This document shows, one piece after another, positions 10,640 through 21,126 of a stretch of 64,000 bases of DNA. This stretch comes from an uncultured bacterium (GTDB lineage: Bacteria > GCA-001730085): the NCBI GenBank assembly GCA_964565945.1, contig CAZMGY010000026.1, positions 472-64,471 of the forward strand, read 5' to 3'. The translations under genes and the position numbers were made by a program. The stretch's first letter is position 1; each line of letters begins with the position of its first letter. The notes under the pieces are model-generated. The model was not told the DNA's origin. It worked only from the letters and a program-made list of their open reading frames with translations, and searched no databases.

Positions 10640-10791
10640 TTAAAAGACAGCAATAAAAGTCGTCTTCGTGGTTAGGGAGCTGTAGTACTCGGCTGTGTCA
10701 TCCCGAGGCTTGACCGCCCGAGCCATTTATATAAAAGTTTGACGATAAGACCGTATATCCATAGTATAATGACCCCAGTGTATATGTAAGC

Positions 10792-11562
10792 GTGAGACAG
10801 AGGAGTTTTCTTAATATGAAAGACGATTTGTTAAAGTTAGTTGAGCTAGAGAAAATAGATTTCAAAATTTATCAATTAAAACGTAGAAAAGAAGAATATC
10901 CTGTTTTGATTGAAGCTTGCCAACGTGATATGAACGAGCTTGAGGCTCATTTGAATGCGCTTAAAGAGTCTTCTAAACAGATCGAGCTTGCACGCAAAGA
11001 AAAAGAAATCGAAATTGAGTCCAATGAAGAGCAAATGAAAAAAAAAGACAATCAACTGACTCAAATTAAAAAAAATGACGAATATAAAGCCATGTTGCAT
11101 CAGATTGAAAAGTTCAAGAAAAAAAATGATCTCCTTGAGGAAGAAATTATTGTTAAAATGGATGAGCTTGATGCTGTTCAAGTTCAAATTAAGGACGAAG
11201 ATATTAGAGTTAAAGAGGGCAAAGAGCAAGTGGCTGCTCGAGAAAAGGAAATCAAAGTTAATTTGAGTAGATTGGAAGATGATAGGAAAAAACTCAAAAA
11301 CAATAGTGAACAGTGTTTGAATGGCTTAAGTCCCAAAATCAAAGACATCTATTTGCAAGTTTTGAACAAACGCAAAGACCGAGCCTTGGCTAGCATTAAA
11401 GAAGATACTTGCGGGGCTTGTCATATGGTTCTTCTGGCCGAGGTGATTGAGCAGACCCGAATGGGAGTTGATGTAATTTACTGTGACACCTGCTCGCGCA
11501 TTTTGTATCATCCCGATTTATTGGCTAAGGTATCGACCTCTCACTTGGATGATGTCCTCTAA
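10792..11562 (+). CDS. Zinc-ribbon coiled-coil protein (COG1579/DUF164-like)
   Basis: Long K/E-rich coiled coil followed by C-terminal CGAC…CDTC pairs. A TATAAT lies at 10764-10769. A likely alternative start is ATG 10816, downstream of AGGAG at 10801-10805. Confidence 0.65.
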   Translation: MRQRSFLNMKDDLLKLVELEKIDFKIYQLKRRKEEYPVLIEACQRDMNELEAHLNALKESSKQIELARKEKEIEIESNEEQMKKKDNQLTQIKKNDEYKAMLHQIEKFKKKNDLLEEEIIVKMDELDAVQVQIKDEDIRVKEGKEQVAAREKEIKVNLSRLEDDRKKLKNNSEQCLNGLSPKIKDIYLQVLNKRKDRALASIKEDTCGACHMVLLAEVIEQTRMGVDVIYCDTCSRILYHPDLLAKVSTSHLDDVL

Positions 11563-11972
11563 TGAGCACAACCTCTATGGTGACGATGTGTGCCGATGGA
11601 GCTTCGCGCGGTAATCCTGGTCCAGCGTCTTACGGGGTAATTTTCCGTGATGAAACGGGTAAAGTGATTCATAGTTTGGCCGAGTGCATTGGCAAAGCGA
11701 CCAATAATGTGGCCGAATATTCAGGTTTGATCGCAGGTTTGGAATATGCGGTGCAAGAAGGCATTTCTCACTTGCGGGTTTATCTCGATAGTGAATTGGT
11801 GGTCAAGCAAATAAAGGGTGTCTATCGGGTGCGTAATCACAATATCAAAACCTACTATAAAAAAGCCGTGGCATTGAGTGAACAAATTGAGTCATTTGTC
11901 ATTAACCATGTCCGTCGTGCCGACAATGCCGATGCAGATGCTCTGGCCAATCAAGCTTTGGATGCTTTATGA
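11562..11972 (+). CDS. RNase H-like protein (small type-1 RNase H)
   Basis: DEDD catalytic pattern: ADGASRGNPG…NNVAEY…YLDSELVV…ADNADADALAN. The start overlaps the upstream stop as TAATG, indicating translational coupling. Confidence 0.75.
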   Translation: MSTTSMVTMCADGASRGNPGPASYGVIFRDETGKVIHSLAECIGKATNNVAEYSGLIAGLEYAVQEGISHLRVYLDSELVVKQIKGVYRVRNHNIKTYYKKAVALSEQIESFVINHVRRADNADADALANQALDAL

Positions 11973-12742
11973 AAGACCGTTTGATCAATCGTTTTTTTAT
12001 TGAGCCTTCATCGATTGAACAGGAATCAATTGTATTGCGAGATACAGAGCTTTATCATGCTACGCGTGTGTTGCGTCTTAAAAAAAAAGATTTGTTCGAT
12101 GCGGTGGATGGTCAAGGTCGATGTTTTCGTGTCGAAATTCTTCATATCGATAAACAGCAAGCCGAATGCCGGATTCTCAAACGAGATAAAGTGGAACGCA
12201 AGCAAACCATTCGGCTTAGTTTAGCCTTGGCTTTGCCTAAAGAAAAAGTGATGACTTTGATGTTGCAAAAGTCCGTTGAGCTTGGGGTTTACCAAATCAT
12301 TCCTTTTATGGCCGAACGCTCTCAGGATTCATTAACACCCGAGTTATGCGACAAAAAAAAGACGCGTTGGACGCAAATTGTGCAAGAAGCGGTTAAGCAG
12401 TCGGGCAATGATTTTTTGCCACTATTGCAGTCTTTACAATCTTTGGAAGGTGTATGTGCACAGCTAAGTAAAGAGAGTTATGATGAAATTATTCTTTTGT
12501 CACCCTGGTGTAAAGATTCGTTCATTGATTTTGATCACCGCATGCGGCAGACGACAAATCCCAAACATGTGCTGGTTTGTATTGGACCCGAAGGCGGTCT
12601 AACCGAAGAGGAAGAGGAGCAATGGAAGTCCCATAGGGCACAGTCCTATAAATGTGGGGAATTATTGATGAGAGTCGAAACGGCGATGATGTTTGTCGCC
12701 ACAGCGAATTATTTATGGAATTTGGGGCATGACAAAATTTAG
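11969..12742 (+). CDS. rsmE: 16S rRNA (uracil1498-N3)-methyltransferase RsmE
   Basis: RsmE/DUF558 fold signature (N-terminal PUA-like region plus SPOUT C-terminus). ATGA overlap with the upstream gene. Confidence 0.8.
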   Translation: MKDRLINRFFIEPSSIEQESIVLRDTELYHATRVLRLKKKDLFDAVDGQGRCFRVEILHIDKQQAECRILKRDKVERKQTIRLSLALALPKEKVMTLMLQKSVELGVYQIIPFMAERSQDSLTPELCDKKKTRWTQIVQEAVKQSGNDFLPLLQSLQSLEGVCAQLSKESYDEIILLSPWCKDSFIDFDHRMRQTTNPKHVLVCIGPEGGLTEEEEEQWKSHRAQSYKCGELLMRVETAMMFVATANYLWNLGHDKI

Positions 12743-14198
12743 ATGGAGGACCCGTAAAGGCATAGGTCTTTTGCAGGTTGTTTTTAGTGTTTTTATTGCC
12801 ACGGCCTTAACGAGCTTGGTGTCCCCAACACTTCAAAAGCTGAGTGACCAAAGCAAACGTGTTTTGGTGGATGTCGACAAGGAGCAATTGGCCGTCGCTT
12901 TGGAACATTACTATCGCGACCAGGGTTTTTATCCCGAGGGGGATAATGTCAATATGGTGCAGGCCCTAAAAGATAAATACATTTCCTTTGCGTCAGAAAC
13001 GCTTAAAAACAATATTTTTGACAAAGCCGAGTTTGTCGACCCTTGGGGACGACCGTATCTTTATCATTACAAAAAAGGTGACAAGTCGTATCATTTGCGC
13101 TTTCAAGGTATGCCTGAGCGTCCTTTGTTTGGTTTGCCGAAGCCCTTGTTTAAACAAGAGACTCCTAATCGTCTCGGTGCTGGTGCGTCGTCAGAAAGCG
13201 AGGTTCAGCCTTCAGTGAATATTCAACCTGTCGAAATTGATAATAACGAGAGTGACCTTGGGCAAAACGACGTCTCTGTACCTGATGAGCCCGAAGCTTT
13301 GGATCTCTTGCCTTTGCATGCGATTCCTAACGATCGTTTGGTTTTTGTGACGGTCGAAAATGTTGCTTTGGCTTTGGATCGAGTTTTAATGAATCGTAAA
13401 GTGGGAACAGGGGAGTTCAGTGATTTGCCTTTGAGGGATTTCGATGCTAATGGAAACATTATTTGGTTTGAAGGAAGCACAGTGGTGAATGTGCTTGATT
13501 TTAACGTGCAAAATAGTGTGTCCTATGCTTACAAAGGCGAGTTTTGGATTGATTCCTTGCGCGATCAAACGGTGGCCACGCGAGAGGGTAGCGCGGTTCC
13601 TTCTGAAGAATTTGTGCAGGATTTAGCCCAAGCCAAAGCTTTGTTAGACGATGCTACTTTAGAGGTTGAGGGACAGTATGGTGTGAGCACGAAGGATATT
13701 TTTGCTACTCTGGTCACGCATAATGTTCCCATTATATGGGGTTACAAATCACGCCTTGAGTCTTCTGGGGGATTCGAGGAATCCACATTGGGATACACTT
13801 TGTCGTTTTCCGATCGCGTGACGGGAGAATTTCGTGAGTTTATTGTGGTCAATACACTTGAACTTAAGGATGAGCCTTTGAGCATGATTGCTTCCTTATT
13901 GGCTCACGAAGGTATTCATCACTATTGGAATCATCAAGCCCCAGAATTACCCAAAGAGGTAGCAGAATCGCTTGCGCCTGATGATTCTACCCCGCGTGGA
14001 GATGCTGGTCGGAGCTTTAATTCGGTCGATGAAGAGTATGAAGCCTTTTTGATGTCTTTACGTTTTTGGAAACAAGCACAAGGAGACGATAAAAATGAAA
14101 CGTTCGATCAGCTGTTGGCCTTGCTGAATGGACCGAATGGCGAGAAAGAATTGCGGGATTATATGAGGACGGTTTACCATGACTTGGATGAGTATTAG
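12729..14198 (+). CDS. Hypothetical secreted/membrane-anchored protein with an HExxH motif
   Basis: The ORF opens at 12693 inside rsmE. The likely start is ATG 12729 (MTKFRWRTRKG-IGLLQVVFSVFIATAL), a basic leader plus hydrophobic segment that loosely resembles a prepilin leader. The C-terminus carries LLAHEGIHH (HExxH) and a downstream EEYE. Confidence 0.5.
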   Translation: MTKFRWRTRKGIGLLQVVFSVFIATALTSLVSPTLQKLSDQSKRVLVDVDKEQLAVALEHYYRDQGFYPEGDNVNMVQALKDKYISFASETLKNNIFDKAEFVDPWGRPYLYHYKKGDKSYHLRFQGMPERPLFGLPKPLFKQETPNRLGAGASSESEVQPSVNIQPVEIDNNESDLGQNDVSVPDEPEALDLLPLHAIPNDRLVFVTVENVALALDRVLMNRKVGTGEFSDLPLRDFDANGNIIWFEGSTVVNVLDFNVQNSVSYAYKGEFWIDSLRDQTVATREGSAVPSEEFVQDLAQAKALLDDATLEVEGQYGVSTKDIFATLVTHNVPIIWGYKSRLESSGGFEESTLGYTLSFSDRVTGEFREFIVVNTLELKDEPLSMIASLLAHEGIHHYWNHQAPELPKEVAESLAPDDSTPRGDAGRSFNSVDEEYEAFLMSLRFWKQAQGDDKNETFDQLLALLNGPNGEKELRDYMRTVYHDLDEY

Positions 14199-14841
14199 AA
14201 GCTTTGGCCTTATTATTGCACTGGCCTTAATCGGATGGGGATGTGATCAAGGAGGAGAAGACTATCAAAGAACATGTTTGCCAGGTCAAGTTTGGCCCTA
14301 TGCGCGTCAAGAAGCTAAGTCGCAAGAGGACTTTGAAACCGAAGAATGGCCTCTTCGTGTTGAGAGCCCTTGGGCCGATTTTCCCATTTCACTTGAAGTT
14401 CCCCAGGGGTTTAAAGTGAATTTTTTTAAGGATCCAGAGGGACAGTACAGTATGGTGCATTTGATCGATCGCCAAGGAGAATCCTCTTATCCGACCAACA
14501 TCATGTTTTCAGTCGACTATACAGGGAATGGCGCTGATATCGATCGGGTTCATGAAGTGGCCAAAGAGAAACTGGCGCACCTAAAACAGGTGGCTGAGCC
14601 GACGACGTACCGTCAAAAGGTTGGCGAGGATATTCTTGTCTGGAGAACTGCGCAGCATACGATGATTTACCCTCCTTACATTAAGAATGCCCCTAAAGTT
14701 ACGATTCGCGAGCAGTGGACTTTTATCCAACATTCTGGGAAGATTTATGAGTGGAGGATGAAAACGATGGTTCCTGTGTCTCAAGAAAGCCTGAATGTAT
14801 TGAATATTTGCCTCCATAGTCTCGTATTTGATATTGATTAA
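14179..14841 (+). CDS. Hypothetical lipoprotein / secreted protein
   Basis: Signal peptide MTWMSIRSFGLIIALALIGWGC. Overlaps the end of the upstream gene by 20 nt. Confidence 0.45.
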   Translation: MTWMSIRSFGLIIALALIGWGCDQGGEDYQRTCLPGQVWPYARQEAKSQEDFETEEWPLRVESPWADFPISLEVPQGFKVNFFKDPEGQYSMVHLIDRQGESSYPTNIMFSVDYTGNGADIDRVHEVAKEKLAHLKQVAEPTTYRQKVGEDILVWRTAQHTMIYPPYIKNAPKVTIREQWTFIQHSGKIYEWRMKTMVPVSQESLNVLNICLHSLVFDID

Positions 14842-14940
14842 TGCCTTTATAGGGTGTTTTGTTCTCAAAATGTAACGATAGTTTGCTTTTCGGAAAGCCA
14901 CTGTGCTATATTGACTTTTGTGTGATCTAGGGGGTTAAAA

Positions 14941-15750
14941 ATGTCAAATTTGCGTGCTTTAGTGCTTATTCCAATGTGTCTGCTAAGCTTATCGTGCCGT
15001 TCCGAAGAAAAGGTTGAGCCTGTGGTGGCGCAGATTGGGAATTACAAACTGATGGTTAGTGATTATTTGCGGGAAGTGAAACGCCTGAGCGAAGCCGAGC
15101 GCGAGGCTCTCAAGTCGTCGGATGCGCGCGAAGCTTTTATGGAACAGCTGATTGATCAACAGGTTTTGATTGAAGAAGCGCATCGTTTGAATATCGATAA
15201 AGACAAAGAGTTTTGTTTGTTTGTGGAGGCTTTTTGGAAACAAGCGATGATTGAACGCTTGATTATACATAAAACACGAGAAGTGATTAAACAATTGACC
15301 ATCAGTGAGGAAGAGGTTGAGTTTTATTTTAAAGAAATGCAACGCAAAATACATGCGTGTATTAGGGTTGTGGGGAGCAAAGCCATTGCACGCAAACTCT
15401 TGGCCGATGAAATGCTTAGCTACGAAGAAGAATTACAGATTCAAAAGGATTCGGGCTGGCATTGGTTTGCTTACGAAGAAGTTCAACCAGTTTATCGAAA
15501 CTTCTTGTTTGGCATGGAAGAGGGCGATAAAAAAATCATTTATAACTACGATCTCGGTTGGGTGGTTTTAGAAGTGAAAGGGTTTAAAGAGCGTCAAATG
15601 GGGTCTGAAGAAGACATGCATAAGCGTTTGATGGATGTTTTACAGGAAGAACGTGATTTGGAGATTTTGGATAAGTGGATTCGTCAGCTCCGAGCTAAAA
15701 GCAAAATTCATGTGAATAGTGATGTTTTAAAGCAATTAGAGGTGGAGTAG
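14941..15750 (+). CDS. Putative periplasmic chaperone lipoprotein (SurA N-terminal-domain-like)
   Basis: Signal peptide plus lipobox-like LSLSC. The N-terminal region resembles the SurA_N/PrsA chaperone domain. No PPIase motif was seen. Confidence 0.4.
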   Translation: MSNLRALVLIPMCLLSLSCRSEEKVEPVVAQIGNYKLMVSDYLREVKRLSEAEREALKSSDAREAFMEQLIDQQVLIEEAHRLNIDKDKEFCLFVEAFWKQAMIERLIIHKTREVIKQLTISEEEVEFYFKEMQRKIHACIRVVGSKAIARKLLADEMLSYEEELQIQKDSGWHWFAYEEVQPVYRNFLFGMEEGDKKIIYNYDLGWVVLEVKGFKERQMGSEEDMHKRLMDVLQEERDLEILDKWIRQLRAKSKIHVNSDVLKQLEVE

Positions 15751-15751
15751 T

Positions 15752-16348
15752 TTGGTGGAAAAATTTAAACGTAAACAGTATTTGGTGAAAGATTTTCAGC
15801 TTAAGTTTGTGCAGCGTTTTGTGGGGCTTCTGCTTCTTTCGGTGGGTTTGGTTGGACTGGGGTTGTATTTTTGGAGTGCTGGTACTATGACCACCGTGTT
15901 CGAAAATTCACGTTTGGTGGTTAAAACCACGCAAGATTTTATTTTACCGATGATGATCGCTTTGACTTTGATTACTATTGCGATACTGGGCATTATGGGG
16001 TGGTTTTTGGTTTATTTGTTCTCGCATCGGATTGCTGGGCCGATTTATCGGATCGAAAAGCATGTTAAAGGTATTGGAGAGGGAGAGTTGGCTCATAAAG
16101 TGCTTTTGCGTTCGTCCGATGAAATCCAGGATTTGGCTAAAGCGGTCAACGGCATGATGGCAGCCTTGGCCGACCATGTGGATGATCTTAAAAAAGAATT
16201 CAAACGTTTGAACAAAATAGATCGTGATTTGGTTGAATTATGGCGTCCTAAGGGTAAGATTGATTACAAAGACCTGGAAACCGTGATCAAAAAGTTCAAA
16301 GACGTCGAGAAGGCGATTGAAGAGAAGCTTTCTCAGCTTCGCACCTGA
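15752..16348 (+). CDS. Two-TM membrane protein with a HAMP domain and coiled-coil tail, no output domain
   Basis: Two hydrophobic helices are followed by a HAMP-like segment (RIAGPIYRIEKHVKGIGEGELAHKV…DEIQDLAKAVNGMMAAL). Uses a TTG/GTG start. Confidence 0.5.
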   Translation: MVEKFKRKQYLVKDFQLKFVQRFVGLLLLSVGLVGLGLYFWSAGTMTTVFENSRLVVKTTQDFILPMMIALTLITIAILGIMGWFLVYLFSHRIAGPIYRIEKHVKGIGEGELAHKVLLRSSDEIQDLAKAVNGMMAALADHVDDLKKEFKRLNKIDRDLVELWRPKGKIDYKDLETVIKKFKDVEKAIEEKLSQLRT

Positions 16349-16358
16349 TTTTATTATT

Positions 16359-17577
16359 TTACTGTCTCCAATCATATCCAGTGGGATTCTGAAAAACACG
16401 CAATCCAAAAGCTGGTATCACCGCCAAGATGTGATCAAAGATATCCGCTTGAATGTCTTCGTATTGGGTCCATCGTGTATCTTTGGTGAACAGATAAATT
16501 TGGATCGGAAGACCTTTTTCGGTGGGAGCCAATTGACGCACCAAGAAGGTGAGTTTATCATTAATTTCGGGCTTTGTTTGCAAGTAATACTTAATGTAGG
16601 CACGGAAAGTTCCTAGATTGGTTAAGCGACGCCCGTTGATGGTGAGGGAGGTACCGCTACTTAGGGTTTGGTTGTATTCTTTGATTTCCTTGGTTTTGTT
16701 TTCAATGTATTCTTTGATGGTGTCATAGGCTTTGAATTGTTTGAGCATTTCGGGAGTGACAAACTGAACTGATGTCATATCAATTGCGATTGATCGCTTG
16801 ATGCGTCGTCCTCCAGCTTGATACATGCCGCGCCAATTCTTAAAGGAATGTTCGAGAAACTTGTGGGTTGGAATATTCACAATGGTTTTGTCCCAGTTTT
16901 GAACTTGAAGGGTGTGCAGATTGATATTAACCACATCACCATCGGCCGAATATTCCTTCATTTCAATCCAGTCTCCAACACGGAGTGTATTGTAAGTGCT
17001 GATTTGAATGCTGGCCAGCAAAGCGAGGATAGTGTCGCGAAAAATCAAAAGAAGGACGGCGGTCATGGCGCCTATACCACTCATGAGAACAAATGGTGAC
17101 TTCCCAATAAGGATAGAGACCAGAATGATAGCTCCTATAATAAAGAGGAAAATTTTGGCCAATTGGGTGAATCCTTTGGAGCCAGACTTGTTCTTGGCAA
17201 TGGGGAGTGTGCAATAAATTAGATAACCCGCATCAACTAAATGTTGTAGCATTGCGACGATGGTAACAATAATCCAAGCCGAAGCCAGCCGTTTGATCAT
17301 TGTTTCTCCATAAAGAAGGTGGGTGGATACTTCGTAAATGAAATAAGCTGGTGCAATGTATGCCAATTTATTGAAGACCTTGTGATTAATAAGGATGTCG
17401 TCCCACTGATTTTTGGTTTTATGGACGATGATGTGCAAACCCCTTAGGAGGAGCTTATGGGTGATCCAATAGGTCATACCGCCTCCAAGAATCATGAGAA
17501 CGAGCAGTGAAAGCTGTTGGATGTAGGTGTGTTCATTGATAAAGGTTAAGACTTTTTCTAAAGTTTGGTAATTCATT
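16359..17577 (-). CDS. Mechanosensitive ion channel, MscS family
   Basis: MscS core block …ISTYNTLRVGDWIEMKEYSADGDVVNINLHTLQVQNWDKTIVNIPTHKF. The ORF extends to 17663, but on the minus strand AGGAGA precedes the ATG of MNYQTL at 17575-17577. Confidence 0.8.
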
Positions 17578-17651
17578 TTGGAAACAATCTCCTTCTCCCA
17601 ATCCCTCTGGGCGACATTATAACATGTTCCCATGACAAAAAAAAATATTAA

Positions 17652-17681
17652 TTGACAAACCAAGCATGCTTAAATTAAAAT
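17652..17681 (+). promoter_or_regulatory. Sigma70-like promoter (TTGACA-18-TAAAAT) in the divergent mscS/amtB intergenic region
   Basis: TTGACA at 17652-17657 and TAAAAT at 17676-17681, ~145 bp upstream of amtB. Confidence 0.35.
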
Positions 17682-17825
17682 GTGGGCGGGGTGTTTTGAG
17701 TATGGTTTTCCCGAAGCGGTGAGATTTTGCTTTGGTGCACTTCTTGTTTTAGGGCATTGTCGTCCGATCTTTTCATGAGCACTGTCGTTCTGAATAATAA
17801 ATGAAAATGAAAGGTTTGGTTTCTT

Positions 17826-19160
17826 ATGAATGTTTTCAATTTGTTTAGTCGAGGCGGCGTCTTTATGTTGACGGCTCTTATGGTCATGTTGAGTTCTAAC
17901 CTGTACGCGGCAGAGCTAACAGATGTGATTCAAGGGCTTGATACAGTATGGGTTTTGGTATGCGCCTTTTTGGTCTTTTTGATGCAAGCAGGATTCAGCT
18001 TGCTTGAGTCTGGGTTCGTGCGCGCCAAAAATACCTGTAACATCCTTATGAAGAATTATATGGACTTTTGTATGGCGTCAATTGGTTTCTTTATCTTTGG
18101 ATATGCCATTATGTTTGGTGAAGGAAACGGATTTATTGGCCTTAAAGGCTGGTTTTTAGTAGGAGCAGAAACTGCTGCCGACATTCCTTTACATGCTTTT
18201 TGGTTATTTCAAGCTGTTTTTGCTGGTACAGCCACGACGATCGTTTCTGGTGGTGTGGCTGAGCGTATGAAGTTTACCTCTTACCTTATTTGTTCTTTTA
18301 TCATTTGTGCCTTCATTTATCCTATTATCGGACACTGGACTTGGGGTGGTGGATGGTTAACTGTCATGGGTTTTACTGACTTTGCTGGTTCGACAATTGT
18401 TCATGCTGTGGGTGGTGTGGCTGCTTTGGCAGGAACTCTTATCCTTAAGCCTCGTATTGGACGTTTTAACAAGGATGGTTCAGCTAATGCGATTGCTGGA
18501 CATAATATCCCGATAGCGGCATTAGGCATATTTATCCTATGGTTTGGTTGGTTTGGTTTTAACTCAGGTTCTCAACTTGGTGTTGGTGCGGGATCCGAAA
18601 TCTCAATGATTGCTCTTAACACAAACTTATCAGCGGCAGCTGGTTGTATTATGGCGATGATTTCGGTGTGGGTTCTTTTTGGAAAACCAGATTTGTCGAT
18701 GACAATGAATGGTGCTTTGGCTGGACTTGTGGGTATCACCGCGGGTTGCGCGTTTGTTGAACCATGGGCTGCTATCCTTATTGGAGCCATTTCTGGTATT
18801 TTGGTTGTTGTTAGTGTTGTTATTTTAGACAAACTTCAAATTGATGATCCTGTTGGAGCTTTTCCTGTGCACGGTGTTTGTGGTATCTGGGGAACTCTTG
18901 CTGTAGGGATCTTTGGTGTTGCCAAATATGGTAGCGAAAATGGATTGCTTTATGGTGGAGGTTTTAGGCTGTTGATTACTCAATTGGTGGGTGTGGCTGC
19001 TATTTGTGGTTTTATTTTCGTGAGCATGACAGTGATCTTCAAAATTTTAGATGCGACTCTTGGATTACGTGTATCGAAAGAAGAAGAGCTTAAAGGCTTA
19101 GATATCGGAGAGCACGGGATGGAAGCCTATGCTGGTTTTCAAATTTTTACAACTAACTAA
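17826..19160 (+). CDS. amtB: Ammonium transporter (Amt family)
   Basis: Signal peptide plus 11 TM segments. Conserved Amt blocks including the DFAG.TIVH motif. Immediately followed by a P-II gene. Confidence 0.9.
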   Translation: MNVFNLFSRGGVFMLTALMVMLSSNLYAAELTDVIQGLDTVWVLVCAFLVFLMQAGFSLLESGFVRAKNTCNILMKNYMDFCMASIGFFIFGYAIMFGEGNGFIGLKGWFLVGAETAADIPLHAFWLFQAVFAGTATTIVSGGVAERMKFTSYLICSFIICAFIYPIIGHWTWGGGWLTVMGFTDFAGSTIVHAVGGVAALAGTLILKPRIGRFNKDGSANAIAGHNIPIAALGIFILWFGWFGFNSGSQLGVGAGSEISMIALNTNLSAAAGCIMAMISVWVLFGKPDLSMTMNGALAGLVGITAGCAFVEPWAAILIGAISGILVVVSVVILDKLQIDDPVGAFPVHGVCGIWGTLAVGIFGVAKYGSENGLLYGGGFRLLITQLVGVAAICGFIFVSMTVIFKILDATLGLRVSKEEELKGLDIGEHGMEAYAGFQIFTTN

Positions 19161-19211
19161 AAATTAAGTATTTATTTGAATATAAATTAAACTGGTTTAA
19201 GGGGAATACAA

Positions 19212-19553
19212 ATGAAACTAATTACGGCGATGATTCAGCCACATAAACTAACTGATGTTAAGAAAGCACTTTCCACGTGTGAAGTTGATAAAATGACAGT
19301 TACCAACGTTGTTGGGTGTGGACGCCAAAAGGGTTTTAGCGAAACATACCGTGGTGTTGTGCACGAAGTGAACCTGATCAAAAAGGTTCGTTTGGAGATA
19401 GCTGTGAACGATAACTTTGTCGAAAAGACCATTAATGCTATTATAGAAGGTGCGCGCACAGGCAATATTGGTGATGGGAAAATTTTTGTTGCCAGTTTGG
19501 AAGATTGTATCCGTATCCGTACAGGTGAGCGTGGAGAAGAGGCAGTTGGATAA
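19212..19553 (+). CDS. glnK: Nitrogen regulatory protein P-II (GlnK/GlnB)
   Basis: 113 aa starting [20 protein letters not shown], with the T-loop region YRG. Located next to amtB. Confidence 0.9.
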   Translation: MKLITAMIQPHKLTDVKKALSTCEVDKMTVTNVVGCGRQKGFSETYRGVVHEVNLIKKVRLEIAVNDNFVEKTINAIIEGARTGNIGDGKIFVASLEDCIRIRTGERGEEAVG

Positions 19554-19577
19554 TGCCTATGATTTTAGACATAGGCA
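19554..19577. repeat. Perfect 8-bp inverted repeat (TGCCTATG-N8-CATAGGCA) directly after the glnK stop
   Basis: Read directly from the sequence. There is no T-tract after it. Possible attenuator or protein-binding site between glnK and glnA. Confidence 0.5.
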
Positions 19578-19641
19578 GAGGTGTGTTTGGATCCCTTGCC
19601 TCGGTCTTTTGTCTTAAATACAATGAAGAAAGGAAAAAAGG

Positions 19642-21060
19642 ATGAAGACATCTGAAGAGGTACTTAAGTTTATCAAGAAAGAAAGCATTGAGTTTATTGA
19701 CTTTCGTTTTATGGATTTTCCTGGAAAATGGCAACATTTTTCAGTTCCAACCAATCAAGTTGATGAGGGAACGTTTAACGAAGGATTGGGTTTTGATGGT
19801 TCTTCAATGCGTGGATGGCAAGCGATTAACGAAAGTGATATGATCGTTATTCCTGATCCAGCCACGGCCAAGATTGATCCTTTCACAGCTCATAAAACAA
19901 TCTTCATCATTTGTAATATTAAAGATCCTATTACAAGAGAAAACTATAGCCGTGATCCTCGTTACATTGCGATCAAAGCTGAAGAGTATTTGAAGTCAAC
20001 GGGCCTCGCTGACACAGCTTTTTTTGGTCCAGAAGCTGAATTTTTTATCTTCGATTCGATTCGTTATGGCACTGAACCTTCGGCGTCTTTTTTCGAAATC
20101 GATTCGATTGAAGCTGATTGGAATACTGGACGTGATGAAGATATGGGGAATTTAGGACATAAAATTCGTCATAAAGAAGGTTATTTTCCTTGTGCACCAA
20201 CCGATAAATTTCAGGATCTTCGTTCTGAGATGGTTGTTGAAATGATGAAAATGGGCATAGAAGTAGAATGCCAACATCACGAGGTGGCCACAGCTGGACA
20301 AGCAGAAATCGACATTAAATTTAACACGATGGTTGCCGTGGCAGATCAGTTGCAAGAGTATAAATACATTGTTAAAAATGTAGCTCACCGCGCAGGTTAC
20401 TCGGCGACATTTATGCCAAAACCATTGTTCTCGGATAATGGTTCAGGCATGCACACGCATATTTCTCTATGGAAAGATGGACAACCTTTGTTTGCTGGTG
20501 ATGGCTATGCGGGTCTTTCTGAGATGGCGTTGCACTTTATCGGTGGTATTTTGAAACATGCTAAAGGTTTGGTGGCTTTGTCTAATCCAACGAGTAGTTC
20601 TTATAAACGTTTGGTGCCTGGTTACGAAGCTCCAGTGAACTTGGCTTATTCAAGCCGTAATCGTTCCGCAGCGATTCGTATTCCTATGTACTCCGATAAT
20701 CCAAAGGCCAAACGTATTGAGTTCCGTTGCCCAGATCCTAGCTGTAACCCTTACATTGCTTTTTCTGCAATGCTTATGGCAGGTCTTGATGGGATTCAAA
20801 ATAAGATTGACCCAGGGGCACCACTGGATAAAAACATTTACGATCTTCCTGCAGAAGAGTTGGCTAAAGTGGATAACACTCCATTCTCGTTGCGCGATGC
20901 TCTCGAAGCTCTAAGAAAAGATCATGAGTATTTGTTGAAAGGTGATGTTTTCACCAATGATGTAATTGAAACATGGATTGATTACAAGTTGGAAAACGAA
21001 GTGGAAGCTTTGGAACTTCGTCCACATCCTTATGAGTTCCAATTGTACTACGACATCTAA
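19642..21060 (+). CDS. glnA: Glutamine synthetase, type I
   Basis: 472 aa with GS beta-grasp and catalytic-domain motifs. RBS GGAAAAAAGGATG. A candidate promoter TTGCCT-17-TACAAT lies upstream. Confidence 0.9.
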   Translation: MKTSEEVLKFIKKESIEFIDFRFMDFPGKWQHFSVPTNQVDEGTFNEGLGFDGSSMRGWQAINESDMIVIPDPATAKIDPFTAHKTIFIICNIKDPITRENYSRDPRYIAIKAEEYLKSTGLADTAFFGPEAEFFIFDSIRYGTEPSASFFEIDSIEADWNTGRDEDMGNLGHKIRHKEGYFPCAPTDKFQDLRSEMVVEMMKMGIEVECQHHEVATAGQAEIDIKFNTMVAVADQLQEYKYIVKNVAHRAGYSATFMPKPLFSDNGSGMHTHISLWKDGQPLFAGDGYAGLSEMALHFIGGILKHAKGLVALSNPTSSSYKRLVPGYEAPVNLAYSSRNRSAAIRIPMYSDNPKAKRIEFRCPDPSCNPYIAFSAMLMAGLDGIQNKIDPGAPLDKNIYDLPAEELAKVDNTPFSLRDALEALRKDHEYLLKGDVFTNDVIETWIDYKLENEVEALELRPHPYEFQLYYDI

Positions 21061-21091
21061 AACTTAGATCTGTTGGACTAAAATCTCTAAA

Positions 21092-21126
21092 AGAACCCTC
21101 TCCTTAAGGTGGGGGTTCTTTTTTAT
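21092..21126 (+). terminator. Rho-independent terminator after glnA
   Basis: Stem AGAACCC/GGGTTCT at 21092-21098 and 21113-21119, followed by TTTTTT. Confidence 0.6.

Noticed and set aside
10640-10791. Possible tRNA or structured RNA after the RND gene (nested CTCGG/CCGAG complementarity)
   Set aside because: No T-loop (GTTCRANYC) or cloverleaf could be built. It is probably a weak terminator or alternative hairpins. I could not support it.
16317-16616. 99-aa + strand ORF overlapping the 3' end of the MscS gene
   Set aside because: Overlaps a confidently called minus-strand gene and has no support.
17700-17825. Sigma-54 promoter upstream of amtB (TGGTGCAC…GTTTT)
   Set aside because: Spacing and the -12 GC element do not fit GG-N10-GC.
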